Source: Bacteroidales bacterium (lineage in GTDB: Bacteria > Bacteroidota > Bacteroidia > Bacteroidales > UBA932). From it: a stretch of DNA of 40,769 bases. Numbering within the stretch: the first letter of the stretch is position 1; the number at the start of each line of letters is the position of its first letter. The stretch is from the NCBI GenBank assembly GCA_017548725.1, contig JAFYZI010000172.1, positions 1 through 40,769 of the forward strand. Reading direction: 5' to 3'. This document shows positions 9,498 to 16,957 of the stretch, piece after piece. The notes beneath the pieces were generated by a model. It had not been told where the DNA came from. It searched no databases and saw only the letters and a program-made list of their open reading frames with translations. The translations under genes were made by a program, and so were the position numbers.

Positions 9498-11015
9498 ATG
9501 AAGAAAACATTAATCAAAGTCCTGGCTGTCACTGTCATCGCAATACTGTCGTGCGGTGGCCAGCTCCAGGCTCAGAATCTTTTGAAAGGATTGAAAGATG
9601 CGGCGCAGAAAGCTGTAGGAGGTACGACATCAGGCCAGTCGTCGACTGGGAACACAAACGCTCCCGCCAACAGGGCGCCTGCAGCAAAAGGAAAGACTTA
9701 TTATGTAAGCGTAACCACGGGTTCAGCAAGGGCAGACGGTCTTTCTCCGACCACTCCTATGAAAGACCTGCAGAAAGCTATCGACGCAGCAGAAGAAAAT
9801 GACGAAATTCGTGTTGCCGAAGGTAACTATCTCGGCAACCTCGACCGCGGATATATCGAGATCGGCCGTTTCGGCAATTCTTCCCAGGAGTCTGACAGAG
9901 GCAAGTTCATCAGCATCTACGGAGGCTATTCAACCGACTTCAGCGAGCGCGACGTCATCAAGCATATTACCAAAATCCAGCCTACCGACCAGAAATTCAT
10001 CGCCCCTCTGTTCAACTGGAACGCCCGCAGGCCTTACGGATATAACGGCCCTGTCGGCACAGTTGTAATCGACGGCTTTGTATTCGACCTCGGCGAGAAC
10101 AACCGCTATTGTGTGGCCAACGTCGACCTGGAAATTACCGGCACTCCCAACACGGGCGTCCTCACAGGCCGTTTCGTAGAGCCTGACGCTTCTCCCAACT
10201 GCCCGATTGTCGGAACTTCCAGCGGAGACGAATATGCCCTGCACATGGACGTGGAAGGCAATGTCCGTATTTCCAACTGCATCTTCGTCAACTGCCGCGA
10301 CTACGGTATCCAGGCTCTCATGGGCAAAGGCCACATGGAGATCTGCAACAACATCTTCATCGCATGCCGCTATGCTGCCTGCCAGGTTAAGGGTAATGTA
10401 AAGGATGCCGACATTCCTGAAGTCTCTCTCGACTTCCACCACAACACAGTCCTCTTCACCTGGACTCGTACCAAGGCTTTCGAAGACATGGGACAGGGCT
10501 TCCGTTTCATGAACGGTATCCGCACCATCGACGTCCACAACAACATCTTCGGCTGCAACAGCAACTGCGCAGTTGAAAGAGTGTTCTACGAGTCAAACAA
10601 GGCTATGGAAGCTGCCAAGATCAGCAACCTCTACGACAACTACTTCTTCGCCAACAAACGCGACCTCGAGCTCGCTTCATCAGGCGCAGCTACTATTTCA
10701 GTGCCTGCTTCAAGGATTGACGAGGCTGAGCAGATCGGTCCCAAATACGAAGGCAACGTAGAGATGCCCGAGAACGAGGCTTTCATCAACGCCATCGACA
10801 AGCCTTATCTGGAAGGTTTCATGAGCCTGTCCATGATCCAGTCCCAGAGCTACAATCCCAACTCTGCCGCCAATCAGGTGAACCGCATCTTCGGTCTCAA
10901 CCAGCAGGGAACAGAGATCGTACGCCCGAGCATGTACTGCAACAAGTATCCTTGGGAAAAGGCCAAAGACCTGTTCGGCAAGGTTGCAAACTACGGAGCG
11001 CAGATGCCGAAATAA
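9498..11015 (+). CDS. Exported (probably lipoprotein) right-handed parallel beta-helix repeat protein of unknown function
   Basis: The signal peptide with a lipobox-like site is MKKTLIKVLAVTVIAILSCGG, followed by a G/S/T/N-rich linker. YYVS..G...ADGLSPTTPMKDLQKAIDAA..NDEIRVAEGNY resembles the N-terminal cap of pectate-lyase-fold/DUF1565 proteins. Repeated NCIF/NNIF turns are present (NCIFVNCRDYG, CNNIFIACRYA, HNNIFGCNSNC). I trimmed the start from 9465. Confidence 0.65.
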   Translation: MKKTLIKVLAVTVIAILSCGGQLQAQNLLKGLKDAAQKAVGGTTSGQSSTGNTNAPANRAPAAKGKTYYVSVTTGSARADGLSPTTPMKDLQKAIDAAEENDEIRVAEGNYLGNLDRGYIEIGRFGNSSQESDRGKFISIYGGYSTDFSERDVIKHITKIQPTDQKFIAPLFNWNARRPYGYNGPVGTVVIDGFVFDLGENNRYCVANVDLEITGTPNTGVLTGRFVEPDASPNCPIVGTSSGDEYALHMDVEGNVRISNCIFVNCRDYGIQALMGKGHMEICNNIFIACRYAACQVKGNVKDADIPEVSLDFHHNTVLFTWTRTKAFEDMGQGFRFMNGIRTIDVHNNIFGCNSNCAVERVFYESNKAMEAAKISNLYDNYFFANKRDLELASSGAATISVPASRIDEAEQIGPKYEGNVEMPENEAFINAIDKPYLEGFMSLSMIQSQSYNPNSAANQVNRIFGLNQQGTEIVRPSMYCNKYPWEKAKDLFGKVANYGAQMPK

Positions 11016-11033
11016 CCTGTAATCCGGTCAATG

Positions 11034-11063
11034 AAAAGGGCTTCCTGCAGGAAGCCCTTTTTT
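11034..11063. terminator. Rho-independent terminator with bidirectional architecture (A-tract, stem, T-tract)
   Basis: The sequence is AAAA-GGGCTTCC-TGCA-GGAAGCCC-TTTTTT: a perfect 8-bp GC-rich stem, a 4-nt loop and a 6-T tail, 19 nt after the stop at 11015. Confidence 0.75.
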
Positions 11064-11098
11064 GTTTGCAATTCTTGCCGAAGTGTCCAAAAAATGCT

Positions 11099-11106
11099 TA
11101 ATTTTG
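11099..11106 (+). promoter_or_regulatory. Putative -7 promoter element (TAATTTTG) for the tryptophanase-like gene
   Basis: It is an exact TAnnTTTG match 30 nt upstream of the ATG at 11137. Confidence 0.4.
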
Positions 11107-11136
11107 TGCCAATATACAATTCTTAACCCTTTAACA

Positions 11137-12585
11137 ATGTCAACAGTCAAGTTTTATTGCGAGGACCATCAGGTTCCTCTTGAGATGCACAAAGTGCGCA
11201 TCGTGCAGAAGTTATTCCTCTTACCGGTTGAAGAGCGTCAGAAGAAAATGGAAGAAGCCGGAAACAACACCTTCCTGCTTCACAACAAAGACATCTATAT
11301 CGACATGCTGACTGACTCCGGCGTCAACGCCATGAGTGACAACCAGCAGGCAGCCATGTTCCAGGCAGATGACGCCTACGCCGGCAGTGAGACCTTCTAC
11401 CGCCTCAAGAGAGCGATAAAAGAGACTATGGGCCTTGATGACATCCTTCCGGCCCATCAGGGACGCGCATGCGAGAACATTCTTGCAGAGGCTTTCTGCA
11501 AGCCCGGCGACCTGGTGCCGATGAACTTCCACTTCACGACTGCCAAGGCTCATATCACCCGTGTCGGCGCCGACGTAGTGGAGCTTGTCGCACAGAAAGG
11601 TCTTGACGCAGACAACCTGGATCCTTTCAAGGGAGACTTCGACATTCCGAGGCTCAAAGCGTTCATCAAGGAGCACCGCAGCCAGATCAAGTGGCTCCGC
11701 ATCGAGACCGGTACAAACCTGATCGGCGGTCAGCCCATCAGCGCTAAAAACATCCACGAAGTTGCCGATATCTGCAAGAAGGAAGGAATCATCAGCGTTC
11801 TTGACGCATCCCTGCTTCAGGATAACCTCCACTTCATCAAGACCAGGGAAGAGGCTTATAAAAACAAGACCATAAAAGAGATCATGATCGAAATCTGCGA
11901 CGCAGTAGATATCGTCTACTTCTCTGCCCGCAAGCTCGGTTTCGCCCGTGGCGGTTGCATCTGCTCGAACAACAAGGATCTGATGCTCCGCATGAAAGAG
12001 TACGTTCCTCTCTACGAAGGCTTCCTTACCTATGGCGGTATGGAGGTCCGCTCAATGGAGGCAATCGCCGTCGGTCTTTACGAGACCCTTGACGAAGAAT
12101 ATATCAGCCAGGGTCCGCTCTTCATCGAGCACATGGTCAACGAGCTGCATGAATACGGTGTGCCCGTGGTAAGGCCTGCCGGCGGTCTCGGCGTCCACCT
12201 GAATGCGAGTGCGTTCTTCCCTGACATGCCTCACGGCCAGTATCCTGCCGGAGCCCTCGGAGCAGCAATTTACATTGCCGGCGGTATCCGCGGTATGGAG
12301 CGTGGTACCATCAGTGAGCAGCGCGAAAGGGACGGAAGCGAGCGCTACGCCGCACTCGAGCTTCTCCGCCTCGCAGTGCCCCGCCGTGTGTTCACACTCT
12401 CTCAGCTGGAATATGTAGCAGACCGTGTGAAATGGGTTTGGGACAACCGCAAGCTCATCGGCGGTCTGAAGTTCGTGGAAGAACCCAGCGTGCTGCGTTT
12501 CTTCTTCGGCCGTCTGGAACCTGTCAGCGACTGGCAGCAGAAACTCGTCGAGAAGTTCCGCGCCGACTTCGGCGACAGCCTGTAG
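11137..12585 (+). CDS. tnaA: Beta-eliminating lyase family enzyme, either tryptophanase (indole-forming) or tyrosine phenol-lyase
   Basis: It contains NTFLLHNKDIYIDMLTDSGVNAMSDNQ.A.M..DDAYAGS..FY.L and ...LPAHQGRACENIL, plus a PLP-lysine region FSARKLGFARGG (equivalent to the SAKKD..GG region of TnaA/TPL). I trimmed the start from 11062 to MSTVKFY at 11137. Indole versus phenol specificity cannot be decided by eye. Confidence 0.82.
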   Translation: MSTVKFYCEDHQVPLEMHKVRIVQKLFLLPVEERQKKMEEAGNNTFLLHNKDIYIDMLTDSGVNAMSDNQQAAMFQADDAYAGSETFYRLKRAIKETMGLDDILPAHQGRACENILAEAFCKPGDLVPMNFHFTTAKAHITRVGADVVELVAQKGLDADNLDPFKGDFDIPRLKAFIKEHRSQIKWLRIETGTNLIGGQPISAKNIHEVADICKKEGIISVLDASLLQDNLHFIKTREEAYKNKTIKEIMIEICDAVDIVYFSARKLGFARGGCICSNNKDLMLRMKEYVPLYEGFLTYGGMEVRSMEAIAVGLYETLDEEYISQGPLFIEHMVNELHEYGVPVVRPAGGLGVHLNASAFFPDMPHGQYPAGALGAAIYIAGGIRGMERGTISEQRERDGSERYAALELLRLAVPRRVFTLSQLEYVADRVKWVWDNRKLIGGLKFVEEPSVLRFFFGRLEPVSDWQQKLVEKFRADFGDSL

Positions 12586-12589
12586 CATT

Positions 12590-13309
12590 ATGCTTGGCAC
12601 CATTGTCAATACATGTACGATCATCGTGGGCTCCGTCATCGGAGCCCTGGTGCATCGTGGTGTCAAGGAAAAATATAAAGAAGCCGTCTATACGGCTCTC
12701 GGACTGGCCTGCCTCGGCATAGGCCTCGGCTCGACCATCCGCAACATGCCGAACAGCGAGTTCCCTGTGCTGTTCGTGCTGGCGATGGCCATTGGTGTGG
12801 TAGTCGGCACCTGGATCAATATCGACGGCCGTTTCCACAATCTCATTGATAAACTGGGCAACAAGAAAGACTCTTCCGCGGACGGGCGTTCATCCCTCGC
12901 CGAAGGTCTTTCTACCGCTTGCCTGCTCTACTGCGTCGGCCCTCTGTCGATGCTCGGCCCTATGACCAGCGCTCTGCAGGGCGACAACACTCTGCTCTTC
13001 ACGAACGCCACTCTGGACCTTGTGTCTTCGTTCATATTCGCATCTACCTATGGAATAGGTATGGCCCTCGCAGCTCCCGTGCTGTTCTGCTGGCAGGGGA
13101 TGTTCTATCTCATCGCAAAAATCTCAGCTACCGCCATCAGCGACGCGCTGATGTGCGAACTGCTCATAATCGGAGGCCTGATTATCACAGCTTCCGGCCT
13201 GTCTCTTCTGAAAATCCGTCAGATAAAGACATTGGACATGCTCCCGGCGCTGCTCGTGCCGGTGCTCTGGTTCATCGGAAAATGGCTCATCGGGCTTATC
13301 GCCGCGTAG
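12590..13309 (+). CDS. DUF554 family integral membrane protein (YqgA/YdfK-like)
   Basis: It starts MLGTIVNTCTIIVGSVIGALV and contains ...LYCVGPLSMLGP...L..N..LD..SS..FASTYGIGM, which resembles the DUF554 signature. It is hydrophobic, 239 aa, and starts 4 nt after the tnaA-like stop. Confidence 0.72.
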   Translation: MLGTIVNTCTIIVGSVIGALVHRGVKEKYKEAVYTALGLACLGIGLGSTIRNMPNSEFPVLFVLAMAIGVVVGTWINIDGRFHNLIDKLGNKKDSSADGRSSLAEGLSTACLLYCVGPLSMLGPMTSALQGDNTLLFTNATLDLVSSFIFASTYGIGMALAAPVLFCWQGMFYLIAKISATAISDALMCELLIIGGLIITASGLSLLKIRQIKTLDMLPALLVPVLWFIGKWLIGLIAA

Positions 13310-13315
13310 CCTTCC

Positions 13316-14440
13316 TTACATAATGTCGCAGACTTTCTTGAAAATCTCCTCGATGGTGCCTACGCCGTCGATTTCACGATATTTGCCCTGAGCCTTGTAG
13401 AAATCGATCACGGGCTCGGTCTTGTCGTGATAAGTCTTGATGCGGTTGGCGATGACCTCGTCCTTGGTGTCGTCCGGACGGTTCTCGAGCAGCGCGCGGT
13501 GGCGTATGCGCTCCTTGACCATCTCGTCGCTGATAGAGATCGACAGCACTGCGGTCACGCTCTGGTCGAAGCCCTTGAGCATCTCGTCAAGCGCAGCGGC
13601 CTGCTCGGTGGTGCGGGGGAAACCGTCGAAAAGGAAGCCGGGAACAGAAGGATTGTTCTCGATTTCGCTCTTGATCATGCCGATTACTACCAGGTCGGGA
13701 ACAAGCGAACCCTGCTCGATGAGAGACTTGGCCTTGAGACCGAGGGGTGTGCCGGCCGCCATTTCCTTGCGGAGCAGGTCTCCGGTAGAAACGTGGTGGA
13801 ATCCGAATTTTTCAACGAGAAGTTTGGCCTGAGTGCCTTTGCCTGCACCGGGAGGGCCGAAGAGGATGTAGTATTTCATGGTATCTTCAAATTGATTTTT
13901 GTCGAGGATGTAGATGTCGGAGAAGTTCCTGCCGAGCTGGTCGTAGTCCAGGCCGAATCCGACGATGAATTTGTTGGCCACTTCCATTCCCACATAGTCC
14001 AGCTTGCGGTCCTTGTGGTAGACTTCGGGCTTGAGGAACATGGTGCATATCTTGATGCTGGCGGCGCCTCTGAAGGCCAGGTGCTCGCAGAGCTTGACGA
14101 TGGTGGAACCGGTGTCGACGATGTCTTCTACGATGATGACGTCGCGGCCGTCCACATCGGTGGTCAGACCCAGAACTTCCTTGATGTTGCCGGTGGAGCG
14201 GGTGCCCTCATAGGACGTTACCTTGATGGCGGCCAGCTCGCAGGGGAATTCAAGCCTGGTGAGCAGATAGCCGCAGAATACGATAGAGCCGCTGAGCACG
14301 CAGAGGACTACGGGCACTTTGCCGCTGTCCTTGTAGTCGGCGTTGACCTTGGCGGCCACCTCGTCGACGGCCTTGATAAGATCTTTGTGAGGAATGTAAG
14401 GCACGAAGTATTTGTCGTGGAGCTTTACTCTCTTGTCCAT
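13316..14440 (-). CDS. Single 374-codon ORF encoding hypoxanthine phosphoribosyltransferase (aa 1-~180) fused in frame to adenylate kinase (aa 188-374)
   Basis: The N-terminal half carries VIIVEDIVDTGSTI (PRPP-binding loop) and FIVGFGLDY (Hpt). After the linker KNQFEDT comes MKYYILFGPPGAGKGTQA (Adk P-loop), VSTGDLLR and FLFDGFPRT. The internal ATG is at 13879 on the minus strand, and there is no stop codon between the two halves. Confidence 0.85.
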   Translation of the reverse strand: MDKRVKLHDKYFVPYIPHKDLIKAVDEVAAKVNADYKDSGKVPVVLCVLSGSIVFCGYLLTRLEFPCELAAIKVTSYEGTRSTGNIKEVLGLTTDVDGRDVIIVEDIVDTGSTIVKLCEHLAFRGAASIKICTMFLKPEVYHKDRKLDYVGMEVANKFIVGFGLDYDQLGRNFSDIYILDKNQFEDTMKYYILFGPPGAGKGTQAKLLVEKFGFHHVSTGDLLRKEMAAGTPLGLKAKSLIEQGSLVPDLVVIGMIKSEIENNPSVPGFLFDGFPRTTEQAAALDEMLKGFDQSVTAVLSISISDEMVKERIRHRALLENRPDDTKDEVIANRIKTYHDKTEPVIDFYKAQGKYREIDGVGTIEEIFKKVCDIM

Positions 14441-14465
14441 ATCAGATATGCTTTTTACGAATTCA

Positions 14466-14473
14466 CAAATTTA
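14466..14473 (-). promoter_or_regulatory. Putative -7 promoter element (TAAATTTG on the minus strand) for hpt-adk
   Basis: The plus strand reads CAAATTTA. It lies 25 nt upstream of the ATG at 14440. Confidence 0.4.
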
Positions 14474-14477
14474 ATAT

Positions 14478-14485
14478 TAATTTTG
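14478..14485 (+). promoter_or_regulatory. Putative -7 promoter element (TAATTTTG) for purE
   Basis: It is an exact TAnnTTTG match 24 nt upstream of the ATG at 14510. It sits back to back with the minus-strand box, 4 nt away. Confidence 0.4.
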
Positions 14486-14509
14486 CACAAACTGATATTC
14501 AATATTCGC

Positions 14510-15022
14510 ATGAAACCGATAGTAAGCATCATCATGGGAAGCATGTCCGACATGCCGGTAATGAAGTCTGCCGCCGAATTCTTCGACAGCATGGAGATCC
14601 CCTTTGAAATCAACGCCCTCAGCGCGCACAGGACTCCCGACCAGGTCGCTGAATTTGCCAGAGGCGCGGCTGACAGAGGCATCAAGGTGATTATCGCAGG
14701 TGCCGGCGGAGCTGCCCATCTGCCCGGCGTCATCGCTGCTTCCACTCCGCTTCCGGTGATAGGCGTTCCCATCAAGTCTTCCAACTCCATGGACGGCTGG
14801 GACTCAGTGCTTTCTATCCTCCAGATGCCTTCCGGCATCCCCGTAGCCACCATGGCTCTCGACGGTGCGAAGAACGCCGCCATCTTTGCGATGCAGATCC
14901 TTGCTGCCGGCGACGAGGCTTACATGGCCCGCATGAAGGCTTTCAAGGCTGAGCTGGCCGGCAAGATCGCCAAGGCCAACGAAGACCTCAAGGCAGTGAC
15001 TTTCAAGTTCAAGACAAATTAA
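14510..15022 (+). CDS. purE: 5-(carboxyamino)imidazole ribonucleotide mutase
   Basis: It contains MKPIVSIIMGSMSDMPVM...SAHRTP...IIAGAGGAAHLPGV.A..T.LPVIGVP. The 531-aa track ORF (13427..15022) is a shadow extension across the hpt-adk gene, so I trimmed it to the ATG at 14510. Confidence 0.92.
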   Translation: MKPIVSIIMGSMSDMPVMKSAAEFFDSMEIPFEINALSAHRTPDQVAEFARGAADRGIKVIIAGAGGAAHLPGVIAASTPLPVIGVPIKSSNSMDGWDSVLSILQMPSGIPVATMALDGAKNAAIFAMQILAAGDEAYMARMKAFKAELAGKIAKANEDLKAVTFKFKTN

Positions 15023-15066
15023 ACGTATCTAAACGTTTAAAAACGGCTTAGGACGAAGCCTTCTTA

Positions 15067-15074
15067 TAGCTTTG
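15067..15074 (+). promoter_or_regulatory. Possible -7 element (TAGCTTTG) immediately before the HhH protein ATG, which would imply a near-leaderless transcript
   Basis: It matches TAnnTTTG and ends 4 nt before the ATG at 15079. The spacing is unusual, so confidence is low. Confidence 0.2.
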
Positions 15075-15078
15075 CGGC

Positions 15079-16956
15079 ATGAGAAGGCTGGCAGTAGTAT
15101 GTTCGTTGCTGATGCTGTCCGTGCAGGTTGCGCGGGCTCAGGAAGTGCCGTATGCCATAGAGGAGATACTGGAGCAGCTGCAGGACCAGGAGTCGGGCGC
15201 TTCGGCCGACGAGCTGCTGCAATGGTATGAGTCGCTGCTGCTGGCCCCTCTCAATCTGAATGCCGCCACCCGCAGCCAGCTGGAAGAGCTGAGGTTGTTG
15301 TCCCTATTCCAGATCGAAAGTCTGTTGGAATACCGGGAAGAATATGGGGAATTGCTGTCCTATTCCGAGCTGGCTGCAGTGGACGGTTTCAATCCGGAGT
15401 TGGTGGAGACTCTGCGCCCCTTCATAACCCTTGAAGATAGTGAGGCTGCCCGCGCGCAGGCGTTCTCCCAGGTCAGGACGAGACTCAAATGGAAAAGTTC
15501 CCAGGAGGGGCTGTATCGATATGCCAGATACCTCGGCGGAGCGGGCCGTTTCAGCTACGGCGCCACCTTCGAGAGCGATGCGCTGGAGAGCTGGCTGCCC
15601 GACTTCATCTCAGCCCACATCCAGTACGATGCGGGCCGATTCAAGCTGCTGGCCGGAGATTTCACGGCGAGCTACGGTCAGGGGCTGGCCATGGACAAGT
15701 CATTTTCAATGTCGGCTCTCGGCAGCCCTTCCGGCATACTGAAGCGAAGGAACGATTTCAAAGGCTATACCTCCACCGGGGAGAACGATGCCTTGCGGGG
15801 CATGGCGGCAGCTTTGGATTTCGGGGCTGCAGGATGGCTGCAGTTGTTCTTTTCCGCCGCGACTCTGGACGCTACAGTCACCGACAGCAGCTACAGCTCG
15901 CTGCCCACGACGGGATATCACAGGACTGATTTCCAGAAGGCTCAGAAAGATGCGCTGAGGGAGTTTGCCGGCTGTGTCAACTACAGTTTCGAGACTTCCC
16001 GGCTGCTGCTGTCGCTGACTGTGGCGGGCTATGGCTACGACAAGCACAACGCCCGGCGGGTGCAGGAGTACAACCGCCACCAGATGTATGACGGCATGTA
16101 TGGCAATCTGGCCCTGTCGGCTTTGTACAACATGGGTCATTGCAGGCTCTTCGGGGAGGTTGCTGCCGATTTGAAGGGGACGCCGGCCGCCCTTGCCGGG
16201 CTGGTCTGGTCGCCGGGCTACAACTTCGAGAGCTCGATGCTGCTAAGGGCCTATCCAAAGGAATACATAGCGACTCATGGCGGGGCATACTCGTCTTTGT
16301 CCACGGTGAGCAACCAGTACGGGGCCGTGGCGAACATACTGGCCAGGCCGTTCAATGATTTTACCCTGACGGCGATGGGGGAGGTGAGCTACCATCCTCA
16401 TCCCAGATACCGCATCAACGGACCGTCTCTGGTTGCAGGCTTCAAGGCGCGGGGTGAGTATGCCAAAGACAGTTGGTCGGTCTTTCTGCAGGACAACTAT
16501 ACATACAAAGATTATGAAGACAGTCACAAGCATTCTATGAAGCTGCAGGCTGCATTCAAGCCTTCGCAGCGGCTGTCGCTGACATGCCGTGCCGACTGTG
16601 TGCTGCTGCTCACCGGGGCGGAGGCCGCCGGAGTGCATGGCTACAGGCTGGAACGAGGGCTCGGGGCTTCGCTGCGGGCTGACTGCAGAATTGCAGACCG
16701 CTTCGCGCTGTGGGGCTCTGTCACCTGCTTCGATTCGCAGTCCTATCAGACTCGTATCTATGCCTATGAGAAGGATCTGCCCCAGACTTTCTCGGTGGTG
16801 TCGTACAGCGGCAGGGGGCTGTCGGCCAGCCTGCTGGCGACTGTCATCCTTTTCAGGGAGTGCAGGCTGTCCCTGAAAGCTGCCACGACTGGTTTTGCAA
16901 AAGAAGAGTCAGACCGCATCTTCGAGGTACGCGGCCAGATAGACTGGAAATTCTGA
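15079..16956 (+). CDS. Helix-hairpin-helix (ComEA-like) domain protein with a long C-terminal beta-rich region resembling an outer-membrane barrel
   Basis: The signal peptide is MRRLAVVCSLLMLSVQVARAQE. The segment LNLNAATRSQLEELRLLSLFQIESLLEYREEYGELLSYSELAAVDGFNPELVETLRPFI matches the ComEA/HhH pattern. The remaining ~500 aa are rich in alternating G/Y/S/A strands and end in ...GQIDWKF, a terminal aromatic like an OMP beta-signal. Confidence 0.7.
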   Translation: MRRLAVVCSLLMLSVQVARAQEVPYAIEEILEQLQDQESGASADELLQWYESLLLAPLNLNAATRSQLEELRLLSLFQIESLLEYREEYGELLSYSELAAVDGFNPELVETLRPFITLEDSEAARAQAFSQVRTRLKWKSSQEGLYRYARYLGGAGRFSYGATFESDALESWLPDFISAHIQYDAGRFKLLAGDFTASYGQGLAMDKSFSMSALGSPSGILKRRNDFKGYTSTGENDALRGMAAALDFGAAGWLQLFFSAATLDATVTDSSYSSLPTTGYHRTDFQKAQKDALREFAGCVNYSFETSRLLLSLTVAGYGYDKHNARRVQEYNRHQMYDGMYGNLALSALYNMGHCRLFGEVAADLKGTPAALAGLVWSPGYNFESSMLLRAYPKEYIATHGGAYSSLSTVSNQYGAVANILARPFNDFTLTAMGEVSYHPHPRYRINGPSLVAGFKARGEYAKDSWSVFLQDNYTYKDYEDSHKHSMKLQAAFKPSQRLSLTCRADCVLLLTGAEAAGVHGYRLERGLGASLRADCRIADRFALWGSVTCFDSQSYQTRIYAYEKDLPQTFSVVSYSGRGLSASLLATVILFRECRLSLKAATTGFAKEESDRIFEVRGQIDWKF

Positions 16957-16957
16957 A

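Noticed and set aside
11093-11125. A tiny ORF (MLNFVPIYNS) upstream of the tryptophanase-like gene, as a possible tnaC-type leader peptide.
   Set aside because: It has no Trp codon and overlaps the predicted -7 promoter box, so it is probably not transcribed as a leader. It does not resemble TnaC.
13427-14509. The track ORF 13427-15022 suggests a 531-aa protein that ends in PurE.
   Set aside because: The first ~360 codons are the antisense shadow of hpt-adk. A -7 box and the ATG at 14510 give a canonical 170-aa PurE. Similar N-terminal over-extensions were trimmed at 3319, 9465, 11062, 23803, 28756, 34400 and 36565 on the plus strand, and at 3401 and 23767 on the minus strand.
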